Shown here piece after piece: positions 23,901 through 33,530 of a stretch of 64,000 bases of DNA. The stretch is taken from the NCBI GenBank assembly GCA_043228905.1, contig JBHGNT010000001.1, positions 11,718,001 to 11,782,000 on the forward strand, given 5' to 3'. The position numbers were made by a program, and so were the translations under genes. Each line of letters opens with the position of its first letter. The first letter of the stretch is position 1. Under the pieces are notes generated by a model. The model worked only from the letters and a program-made list of their open reading frames with translations. It had not been told where the DNA came from and did not search any database. This stretch comes from Azolla caroliniana (taxonomy: Eukaryota > Plantae > Polypodiophyta).

Positions 23901-25024
23901 GCCTTTACGGACTGAAGCAGGCTCCCCGGCAATGGTACCGGAAGTTCGACTCCTTCATGACCGACGAAGGGTACCACAAAACGCAGTCCGATCACTGCGT
24001 GTTTGTTAAGAAGTTCGAAGGAGGAGACTCTCTAATACTCCTCCTGTACGTGGATGACATGTTGATCGTCGGACGGGACCAGGGCAAGATACGGATGCTG
24101 AAGAAGGCACTTCACCGAACCTTCTCAATGAAGGACCTGGGTCCGGCGAGGCAAATACTAGGGATGCACATCATCCGAGACCGGAAGAAGAAGCAGTTGT
24201 GGCTGTCACAGGAGAAGTACGTGACAAAGGTGCTTCAACGGTTCAACATGTCGGAAGCAAGATCGGTCGGATCAACTCTCCCGGCAAACTGCAAGTTGTC
24301 CAGCAACCAAAGCCCCAAGACAAAGGCTGAGAAAGAGGACATGATGAAAGTACCATATGCCTCTGCCGTCGGAAGCTTGATGTACGCAATGGTGTGTACA
24401 AGACCGGACATAGGATATGCAGTCGGAGTGGTGAGCCGGTACATGAGCAATCCCGGCAAAGAACACTGGAACGCGGTCAAGTGGATACTTCGATACCTGA
24501 AGGGCACGACAAACGTGTGCCTCCGATTCGGCTCCGGTAAGCCCGAACTCGACGGCTTCACCGATTCGGATATGTCGGCTGATGCAGATACCAGCCGGTC
24601 CACATCAGGGTATGTGATGACCTATGCAGGGGGAGCCGTTTCGTGGCAGTCGAGGCTGCAGAAGACGGTTGCGTTGTCAACCACGGAGGCGGAGTACATG
24701 GCAGCTGTTGAAGCCGGCAAGGAAATAATATGGATGAAGGACTTCATTAGGGAGCTCGGGATCCGGCAGGTGGAGTACCGACTCTACTGCGATAGTCAGA
24801 GTGCCATCCACCTTGCAAAGAACGCGGCCTACCATTCCCGGACGAAACACATCCAGCGTAGATACCACTGGATCCGGGAAAGGATAGAAGACAAGGAGTT
24901 CGTGCTGACGAAGATCCACACGGACGAGAACGGCTCAGATATGCTGACCAAAGTGCTCACACCCGACAAGCTGGAAGCATGCCGGAAGAGGATCGGATTG
25001 GAGAGACATCCCATGCCGAAGTGA
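20948..25024 (+). CDS. Copia gag-pol polyprotein, intact, 1358 aa
   Basis: Uninterrupted ORF from the first ATG after the PBS. Contains gag, CFHCGKPGHFRKNC, WVVDSGAS, integrase HHCC and DDE motifs (VHTDVC, ADNGGEY, AERMNRT), RT (QMDVKTAFL, YVDDML) and RNase H. Confidence 0.95.
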   Translation: MEGGGSGQPGMMVLNAQNYADWKIKMEDLLIVRDLYEPIDRSEIPKGVLESEWRLLNRKAVATIRQYVDVSVLQHVANDVNAYEMWRKLSGLYERKNALNRTSLMRKIVNLKYRDGESMVEHVSTFMGFVNQLAAIKFPLEDAMQAIILMCTLPESWENLVVTLSTSCTEDNLSLQTVKTSILNEEARRRDKEPASDSKALLTESERGRQWNRSPQRREKSGTRSQSRGRPTCFHCGKPGHFRKNCRHYRKDNGADDTDSKKSPERNGAYRGATDRRGPDRRGQDRKGTTALAASEEEIMLITEERELNLAGEEMTWVVDSGASFHLTPEKKYFSSYTAGEHGCVRMGNEGTCRIAGIGDVWLMTSTGCKMLLKDVRHVPEVRLNLISAGRLDDEGYTGSIRNGVMKFSKGSLIVARARKVNTMYLMNSWLCPEELNVAADTAGELWHKRLCHMSEKGMKRLAEDNLIPVKHVHLEKCTDCLAGKQNRTSFHSRPPTRRSAPLELVHTDVCQVETKSHGGAQYFVTFIDDHSRKLWTAPMKTKDQVLCVFKELHARVERESGKKLKAIRADNGGEYRGQFQEYCRSKGIRLEFTVPKTPELNGLAERMNRTIMERVRSMLAHAKLPKGFWAEAMSTATYVINRSPSVPLDGDTPQRVWTGREVSYRHLKVFGCLAYVHVAKDRRGKLDPKTRPCIFLGYGDDEFGYRVWDPVDKKIFRSRDIIFMEDKTLADWESEKKMKSSKSTGEDKLYEEQSRPARDRLTLEDPAEDGEETEPAEEDENDTGTGPDPEMDSDEEEESEEPVTEAPERRYPLRERRAPRRFPEPEHVLLTDEGEPESFEEAKHDTQSRRWLSAMQDEMDSLHENHTYELVELPKGKRALRNKWVFKLKPGDAGNPPRYKARIVVKGFQQKKGVDFDEIFAPVVKMTSIRTVLSIAASMDLEVEQMDVKTAFLHGDLEEEIYMQQPEGFEKKGKEHLVCRLKKSLYGLKQAPRQWYRKFDSFMTDEGYHKTQSDHCVFVKKFEGGDSLILLLYVDDMLIVGRDQGKIRMLKKALHRTFSMKDLGPARQILGMHIIRDRKKKQLWLSQEKYVTKVLQRFNMSEARSVGSTLPANCKLSSNQSPKTKAEKEDMMKVPYASAVGSLMYAMVCTRPDIGYAVGVVSRYMSNPGKEHWNAVKWILRYLKGTTNVCLRFGSGKPELDGFTDSDMSADADTSRSTSGYVMTYAGGAVSWQSRLQKTVALSTTEAEYMAAVEAGKEIIWMKDFIRELGIRQVEYRLYCDSQSAIHLAKNAAYHSRTKHIQRRYHWIRERIEDKEFVLTKIHTDENGSDMLTKVLTPDKLEACRKRIGLERHPMPK

Positions 25025-25096
25025 AGGGGGAGTTTGTTGGGATTTCGGTCCCTCCGGATGGGATGTCCGGAGATGAATGACGGCAAGCCCGGTTGC

Positions 25097-25320
25097 GGTT
25101 ACGGAGCCGGATGACGAAGACCCTGGCTACGGAGCCGGATGACGAAGACCCTGGCTACGGAGCCGGATGACGAAGACCCTGGCTACGGGGCCGGATGATG
25201 AAGACCCCGGCTACGGAGCCGGATGCTGAAGACCCCGGCTACGGGGCCGGATGATGAATACCCCGGCTACGGAGCCGGATGCTGAAGACCCCGGTTACGG
25301 AGCCGGATGACGAATGTACC
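25097..25320 (+). repeat. 28-bp tandem repeat x8 in the 3' LTR U3
   Basis: Same unit with one copy fewer, which explains the 802 vs 774 bp LTR lengths. Confidence 0.92.
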
Positions 25321-27010
25321 CGGAGAGAGATCCGGATGCGGGGACATATTTGTGAATATGTTTGCCAAGAGCCCTTGAGGCTATATTTGTAAATAGCCCG
25401 AAAGTCATATGTGTATAAATATGACTTAGGGCAAACAGTTTTGGAGTTGCTGCTCATTTTTGTTTTCCACTCAAGAGGAGTGAAGAGAGAGAGCAGCCGT
25501 GAGAGAGAGAGAGAGAGATAGAGCGTGAGAGAGGAAGAGGTCGACGCCTCTGTGTATTTCCGCCGCCTGTGGCGAGGACAGCGAGCTCAAGGTCGTCGCC
25601 TTGCAGCTCGCCATTGTATACTTCTCTGTGCATAGTTTTTGGTTTGGAGTCTTGTACTCCCGTGGTTTTTTTCCCGTACAGGGTTTTCCACGATAAATCG
25701 TGTGTCCACTCTATCTTTCGCATTTCCTATTTTTCTGCAACAACGATTCGTGTGTTTCCTTGGTTGTGGCCGAGAGGTGAAGGTGAATCGGAGCGTCGAT
25801 TTCTAACACCATGCTCGGACAAAACACATAGAGGTGTATTATCACTTTGTCCGTGAGCGGGTCATGAGCGGTGAAGTTGAACTTCGGTATGTTCAGAGGG
25901 ATCGGCAGGTTGCCAACATCTTCACCAAGCCGCTCGGATCGAACAAGTTGCAACACTTTTCGGAAATGCTGGGTCTACAACATCTCGATGTGCCGCACTT
26001 GAGGGGGAGAATAGATGGCACCAGACAAGGACCCGGAGAGGAAGAAAGAAACAAGGGGGGAGATGAGCAGAAAAGGGAAGCCGAGTTGACCGAAGGAGTC
26101 GGAGCTAGCGGCGTAGGCAGCAGAGTCAAGAAGGACAGAGCCAACCAAAAGAAGGCCAAGACCCGGACGTGGTTCGATGTGGTGAAGGGCCCAAAAACAA
26201 AAGACAAATTGGAGACTATTAACTCGGACAAGAGCTGCAACGAATCGGAGGAAGCCGATTCGGTTCAACAGTTGGATTCAGAAGAGCCGGATCAACTAAA
26301 GGCCAAGAGGACGAGAAGGCAGTGGAAGTCGACACTGACATGACGGAACCGATGGGTCGACAAGCGCCGGAGTCATAGCAACGAAGGAGCTAAGATGGGC
26401 CTTCTGAGCAGACAAGCCGACCAAGGAGGTCGAGGTGCGCAAAACTGGACGGTTCGTGGGAAGCAGAACTGGATCAGACAAGGAGCGCGAGCAATGCGGG
26501 AGGACGCCAGAAGGTGCTGGAGGAAAGGGCCCAGTAAAACCACAATCCGACCTCAAGTTGAGCTTGAGGGGGAGTGTTGAGCGAGCAAGCTCAACAGTAT
26601 CTGGATTAGCTAAACAAGCCAGAGCCGGATCGGTATCCGGATCGGTGTTCAGAACCAAGAGCCGGATCGGGGAGCCGGATTCAAATGTGAACTGGAAGGC
26701 TAGTAGTAGCCTACACTCCTAGACTACTAGGTAGTCAGAGTCCTCGTAGTTAGTGTCAGCCACTCGTATGAGCATTGAAGTACATAGTACTTCTGTTAGT
26801 CCTTTTGAGGACTTGTATAAATAGTGTTGTTTAGCGCGTTCTATGTGCAGAGTTTTACAAAGTGATACAATGTGTTATTTTTAATAGAGTTTATGTTCTG
26901 CTCTGTGTGTGTGTGTGTGTGTGTCTCTCCCGTGTATGGTAATACTCTCAAGGTTCCATTGAACCTATGTTTTTATTCTCTGTTGCTAACCGGCTAAACC
27001 GGCTTTGTCA

Positions 27011-29330
27011 AAGATTCCACACGCTAACTTTCACACAAACCTCTAAACAAATAGGAAAGTAATCTGAAGTTCCTACATATTGTAGAACTTTCATGCGAAG
27101 TGATATCGGTAAAAAAGAATCATTGTGCATCACATACATTCTATCTAACCGACTCCATGTTTGTCTATGTTGAGCGGATTGGAAAGTAAAACGTGGATCA
27201 TTACCATGCAATCATGTCCAAACATCCAACTTTAGAACCTCCATAGCAAATGAATTCCAAGCCAGTTGCTCAGGATCATCGATGATTGAATGTTCAGACG
27301 TAGATTGAGATGCATCAACACACATGTTAAAATCACCCTTAAGTAATCCTGGACGGCCCACACATAGGGTTTGAAGGAGTGAGCCCCATAATGCAATATG
27401 TTGAGTGGCTTGGTTAGGGGCATAAATCCCAACCACCCACACAACCTCGCTAAAAAAAGTGATTTCTAGAACCAAAAACTGACCATAAGGATCATTATGC
27501 ACTACTTCAGGATAATATTTATCCCGCATGATTAATACCACACCTGAATAATGATTATTAAGATGTCATGTATAGAATGATGAATATCCACGTAAAGGAA
27601 CTGTGGATCCTGCTAACTCGTGACACTTATGCTCAACTACACATATTACATCCCATTCTTTACATAACAAAGTCTCCCATAATATATACTTCTTATGAGG
27701 AGAACATGCCCCTCTCACATTCCATGTTACCACTTTCATTTAATCAACAATGTTATGGGTGCACTTGCTCCTTTAGAGCAACTGATGTCATGAAACTAGT
27801 CAAAGCATGCTCCAATGCTGTATATGGATTTTCATGTACCACATCCTTAGGGTTGTCTATCGAAATCTTTTGTTTAGGTTGTCCCGCTTGACGAAAACCT
27901 CGTGAATTCGATGAACTTACAACCCGTCCCAATGAATCAAATTGAAGGTGAATGGGTATCCCTTATCCCTAAATGATCTTTGCCAAGGAACTTTTCGAGG
28001 ACCCTCCCTAGTTCCTGAATTTCCTTTCCAAGTAGTCTCACGAGTAGTGGGCAAACTATTACGTTGCATATTCATTGATTTCCCCTTCGACTTGCCCTTA
28101 ACCTGATGCCAATCCTTTTCAACAACACCATCACTACTAGTTCTATCCAACGGTTTCCCCCCCTATCTATAAACACCAAACTTTGTTTTTCCATATCCAT
28201 AGATTGAGTTCCCTTATTCTTAAGGCCCAAACCTTGAATTGAAACCTCTTTATAACCTGTTCTAGATGATGTTCCTTCATCCATAACAACCATAATATCT
28301 GACACACCAACATCTCTCCCAACTCCTTCCTTACCACTCCCTTCATTAGGAACCTCTATAGTTGAAGGACAATGACGATGACATTCCGCCATAAAGTGAC
28401 CCCATCCACCACATCCAAAACAATGACCTATAAATGTCTCCCACTTCAATTTAAAACAAAGTTTTTTCATACCAGGTGTGTTCATACGCACCCATTCAGG
28501 CCTCTTACGACTTGTATCCCATAACACACAAAATTTGCACTTATTTGTAGCATTTGCATGTGGAGATACCAACACTTTACCCATTTAACTCATCAACTCT
28601 GGTAAAAATGGCCATAAAAAAGCATGCTTACAATCCACTGTTACCCAAACAGGGCGTTCTTGTTTTAACAAAGTACGATTGTCCACAATGGGGAACCATT
28701 GCATTACATGCACCAATAGTTTATCGAAAAACACAGGAACTTTTGCCAACAATGCACTTCGATGTTCCGGTGAGCGAAACACTACATCATAAAACCCTCG
28801 TGGTCCTGCATATATATTTTCAACACAATTTGGTGACACGATTGTGTTCAACCATTGTTTAATCCAATTAATGTATGGGAGTTTCCCGGTAAAAAATAAT
28901 ATAACCGCACGATCATAGAATACATCAAAAGATTGCAACACTGCCATAACATCATTTTCCACATCATGCACATCCTCATCAATGCATGCTTTCGCCTCAT
29001 TTTCATTTTCTTCCACAATATCAGATAGTAAGGTATTGGCAATTCCCTATAAATTATCCCAATTACAATGACCCTTGTCAATCTCATCTACATGTATTAC
29101 TTCAACATATGTCAATTTTTTCTCATTAATTTTCTCAATACCCTTAAACCTCTTAAAGCTTCCAGTGTCTTCCCTTTCACGATTACAATCAACCATCACA
29201 TTACTCTTTTTTGGATCAATTGTTTCCATATCAATGTCCCCCACAATTTGTGAGGAATTCATGTTTATATCCATTCTAAACCCTAAACCCTTGCTTTTTT
29301 CTTTCTATTCTCTCTCTTTGTCGCTCTTTT
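27011..29330 (-). mobile_element. L1-type LINE 5' part: ORF1 (DUF4283-like plus CCHC) and APE endonuclease, degenerate
   Basis: ORF1 has GPRGFYDVVF..PVWV and CFGCGGWGHFMAEC. The APE domain has VVGIYAPN, GDFN and SRLDRMY..TSDYFPI. Telo-box-like CTAAACCCTAAACCC in the 5' UTR at ~29276. Confidence 0.88.
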
Positions 29331-30217
29331 GGAGATCTATTGATAATGAATAATCATGATGGAAGGAAGAGAGAAAGAAGATACATAAATCCAAGTCTAC
29401 AAAGATATATGGATAACAACACAACCACACTACATGAATAGGCAAGAAAAAACACCACAAGAAGTAGACTCTTCCCTCACTACCTTACTCTTCTTCCTTT
29501 ACATAAAATTCTTCTCAACTAGATAACTTTCCCTTGCTTTCTTTTTTACACTTTTTTTAGAAGTTGTCTATCTCCTATTCTTAGCTATGACACAACAATA
29601 TTCTAATCGTCATATTGCCCTCATCCAAGCTCCAAATTTAGAGATAAAAAACGCTATGGATAGCTCTCTTCATAAGCTTTCTAACCCATATTTGAACATG
29701 ATATTTGGCTTCCAAACGAAAGAGTTATAAGTGTTCGTTTCAGACTGTGTTTTGGTGGCCCGCTTTTTTCTTCTTTTACTTTTCTCCACGTGTCTTGCTT
29801 TTTGTTTAACTTATCCTCAAGACCTTGGTTTGTGTTCTTGGCCTCCGGATGTGAATGCTCCATACCTTATATTTTTGTAGTGTCCAATACCTTTAATTCT
29901 AAAATCACTTTCACACTCTCAAGTCACGACAATTTGAACCGAAGCTTCTTTCTTGGGTGAAAGCACGCTATGGTGTACCAACTTTTGGCCAAAATTTTAG
30001 TACTAATTCGATGAGGAGGAAAGAAAAATAATCCAATATTTGGATTAAAAGTTGACCATATTTTGTGCTAAAATTAAAATTCACATTCAATGAAAATGGA
30101 TTTCAAATATGAAGAAAACATTACATATCCTTCCACAATTATAACTTATGTCTATGTCCAACTGTCCATTTCATTTGAGGTTGTTGGGTCACAGTCCTAG
30201 GTAATGTTGGGCCACAA

Positions 30218-30432
30218 TACTCGTTGATTCCCGAGGTTCGTACCTCCTCTCCCCCTTTCTGTCTCTCTTCCACCTTCTGTACAGGTCTCTACAGACTCCA
30301 AGCGCGTCACTACTCGTCGTTCGTACCTCCTCTCCCCCTCTCTGTCTCTCTTCCACCTTCTGCACATGTCTCTACATACTCCAAGCGCGTCACTGCTCGT
30401 CGTTCGTACCTCCTCTCCCCCTCTCCCCCTCT
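30218..30432. repeat. pyrimidine-rich tandem repeats upstream of the RING-bearing pseudogene
   Basis: GTTCGTACCTCCTCTCCCC occurs three times. ACTCCAAGCGCGTCACT occurs twice. Confidence 0.7.
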
Positions 30433-31257
30433 CTTCTACCTTCTGCATAGTTCTTTCAACCTCTCTAGGGTTGGCCGTGTTCTCTCTCCCTCAACTGACC
30501 TTGTTCTCCCTCACTGTTAGGTGTTCTGTGCTCACCGTGTCCTAATGACATCGACCTCTACTCTGCTGGCCGTGTCCCCTCTGTTGGCTGTGACCTCTGC
30601 TTTGCTCTACCTCCATGTGTTCTCAAGTCGATGTGTACCCTCTAACTGGTGTGTCCATTTGCTTGCAACCCGTGCTTCAAACGTGTCCCCTTTGCAAGGA
30701 CTTCAGAAAGGTAATCCTGCTATCTGCAACCCTAACAACATTTGAAAAGGTAATCCTGCTTTAGGCTTACCTTCACGTTCTGCTACATGTTAGGGTTTTG
30801 TTGTTGTTGTTCGTGTTGTTCTCCCTTGATCATTTGAGACACTTGTACATGCATATGCTTGAAATTGAGAGTGTTTTACATGCATATGTCATTTATTGCA
30901 TGATTTAGAATTTGGTACATGTTGACATATTGGAAGATGGTTCTATGATGGTACGCTACAATGATTTTTCATGGTTTAGCATGTATATGTTGTGTATCGG
31001 GAGTTAACATTATGTTGTAGGTTTTATCTTTGTTGTTGATGTTTTTGTCTTTCCTCCTATGTGCACTTTCAAGAGAGACTTGTACATGCATGAATCTTGT
31101 TTTTGAGCCAACTTGAAGTATGTTTGGGGTTGTTATGTCTCATTGTTGTTCTTATTATGCGTGATTTAATCATATGATGAAAAAAGACAGTTGTGATTGA
31201 TCTATTGTTATTTACTATTGTTGTGTGTGTGAGGTGAAGAAGAGAGATAGGACTCAA

Positions 31258-32547
31258 ATGACAAGGAAGACACCCACGAAGATGAAAATGGTCAAAGAAA
31301 ATGTCAACACACCATGCAAGGAAAGAAAAAGGACCCCCATCAAAGAAAGTAAGATGACCCCCACCAGAGGGAGGTTTAAGTTGTCAACATCTCAAGGCAA
31401 GAAGATGTTCACAAACATCCTTTGAGGTAGAAAGTTAGGATGGGGATATTTCCTTCGTGCACGACCTGACACTTATGAAGACCTAGACATGTGGATGATC
31501 AAAACATGGGGTTCATCACAACCGGAGACAAGGAGAGGTTTTCACCTCACTCAATTGAAGAAGGATTATATCACTGAACTAAAGTCACGATATGAACAAG
31601 TTTATGATACAAAACATATCCTAAACAATGAGGTAGGAACTATTTTTGCACGTGCATTTGTATGTGAACTCCATGGTGGCATTGAAGTTGATTGGGAAGA
31701 TTTTGCTCATCATTGATCATCACATTATAGAGGGTCCTCAAGTACCAACACTACTATGAAGTCTGAGGGTACCTCTCACATTGAAATCCCAGCTAGGACA
31801 TCTGTGTTGACTAAACAGATTGCAAAAGAAAGAGCTACATTAACAGAAAAGCATGAACAACGATTGTTGCGTTGCATAGCTTCCATGCAAACAAGAATGC
31901 AAGCGCTGCTCACCGATTTGGAAGAAGTTTCATCTAGTGAGATGGCAACAGAGAAACAATTCACATCTATATCGAATACATACGAATGGATAACAACAAC
32001 AATCCAACATTCTGAAAGCGATGTGTTGAAAGAGGAGTTGAAGGAGCTGACAAATATGGGCACTCAACTGGGAAAACAGAAGAAAGATCTGGAGACATGG
32101 AGGTCATCTCGTTCTAAAATTGATGATAAGTTATCAGCCTTAAAAAGTCACTCTGAGAACCTAACATGTTTGATGAAGGGTTTAAAAGATAAAGGTTTAG
32201 ATCCTCTATGGCCAGAAATAGTTGAGCATCCCACTTGCAATGAAAGTACCATTACAAGAATTACTGTATCAAGGTAATGGTTTATATTTTTACAAGTTGA
32301 CCTTCTATTGTATAAAATATCATCGTTGCTAATATAGTGTATTTTGTGTCTTGTATTTGAAAACGTGTATTCTGTAGCGTTGGATTCAAGTTTGAGGTCA
32401 TGGATGCTATCATTACACCATGCTTGCACACATATCATTGTTTATGTGCTAAGTACCATTTTGAGAAAGAAAATATATGTTTACACTGTAAAAGTACAGT
32501 TGGAGCTGAATGGTACTTAACTTGGGGTTTGAAAGTACATTCTTATG
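31258..32547 (+). pseudogene. decayed gene: basic N-terminus, uncharacterised domain (..VDWEDFA), coiled coil, RING-H2 finger; probably TE-borne
   Basis: The ORFs starting at 31225, 31489 and 31756 share one frame, separated by single TGA codons. After a GT donor at ~32274, an exon at ~32363-32547 reads (R)VFCSVGFKFEVMDAIITPCLHTYHCLCAKYHFEKENICLHCK. Confidence 0.6.
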
Positions 32548-32629
32548 GTATGTGATTAAGAACATATGTAATTTTTATACTATGCTTTTATAATTTTAAC
32601 ATTTGGTTCTGGTCTTATACCCATGAGTA

Positions 32630-33530
32630 TTGTTCCTGCAAGATCATTTTTACATGATTCAGTACTAACGTTACTGATTACATTGTATTCCTTGGTGATC
32701 AGTTGACAATGTGAATCTTATTTAGTACTGAGGATCTTAAATGTTTAGTTGTATAACTTGCATGTGCACTAACATTATTCATTACATTGTACTTTCTGTG
32801 TCCACTTGGCTTAGGCTTTGGATGACCGAACAAATAGGCATGAAGGTCTAGGTTGTTTAGTATTAACATTGTTCATTACATCAAATATGCATGTCCAGGT
32901 GGTTGTGTAATGTGCCCTCAAGTTCCTTATTGGAGGATTCAGTACCAACATTATTGATTACATTGTATTCCTCGGTGATCAGTTGATTCAGTACTGAATG
33001 TCTTAATTGATTCGTTGTATAACTTGTATAAGTACTAACATTGTCCATTACATTGTACGTTTTGTGTCCACTCAAGTTAGGCTCAGGATGACCAAACAAA
33101 TACGCATGAAGGTCTTGGTTGTTTAGTACTAACATTGGTCAATACCACGTTTTAATATGCATGTCCATGTGGTTTAGTACTGTTCTCTCAAGTTCCTTGA
33201 TTGATGTTTTAGTACTAACATCATTACATTGTAGCCCTTGGTGCTGAGTTGATTTAGTACTGAACGTCTTAAATGTTTAGTTGTATCACTTGTATGTGTA
33301 CTAACAAATAGGCTCGGGATGACCGAACAAATAGGCATGCAAGTCTTTTGTTTAGTACCGAACAAATATTGACAACATGTCCATATGGTTCTGTATTGTG
33401 TCCTCAAGTTCCTCTTTGTTGTTTTAGTACTAATATTATTGTTACATGCGTATTCCTTGGTGATCAGTTGGAACAAGACTGATTTTTTACTACTGAAGGT
33501 CTTAAATGTCCACTTGATTCAGTACTGATA
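32630..33530. repeat. degenerate AGTACT-rich tandem repeats (intronic or TE-internal)
   Basis: Recurrent ATTACATTGTATTCCTTGGTGATCAGTTG, GGATGACCGAACAAATAGGCATG and AGTACTAACATT blocks. Confidence 0.7.

Larger units (their letters stand above)
20116..25808 (+). mobile_element. intact, young Ty1/Copia LTR retrotransposon (Tork/Tnt1-like)
   Basis: 5' LTR at 20116-20917 and 3' LTR at 25035-25808, near-identical. TSD CCATG at 20111-20115 and 25809-25813. PBS TGGTATCAGAG at 20921-20931; PPT at 25023-25034. Confidence 0.97.
18708..27010 (+). mobile_element. 5'-truncated degenerate Copia (RT-RNase H, 3' extension, PPT, 3' LTR), split by a younger Copia
   Basis: [23 protein letters not shown] and LYVDDL are present. 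The motif AKNLVFH|ARTKHIEV is interrupted at 20116-25808. PPT at 26563-26574; probable 3' LTR at 26575-27010 (TG..CA). Confidence 0.85.

Noticed and set aside
20912-25086. many overlapping antisense and alternative-frame ORFs
   Set aside because: These are expected by-products of a GC-rich coding sequence and have no recognisable domains.
29428-29883. CACTA element bounded by CACTACA and TTTTTGTAGTG
   Set aside because: The TIR match is very short and there is no matching 3-bp TSD.
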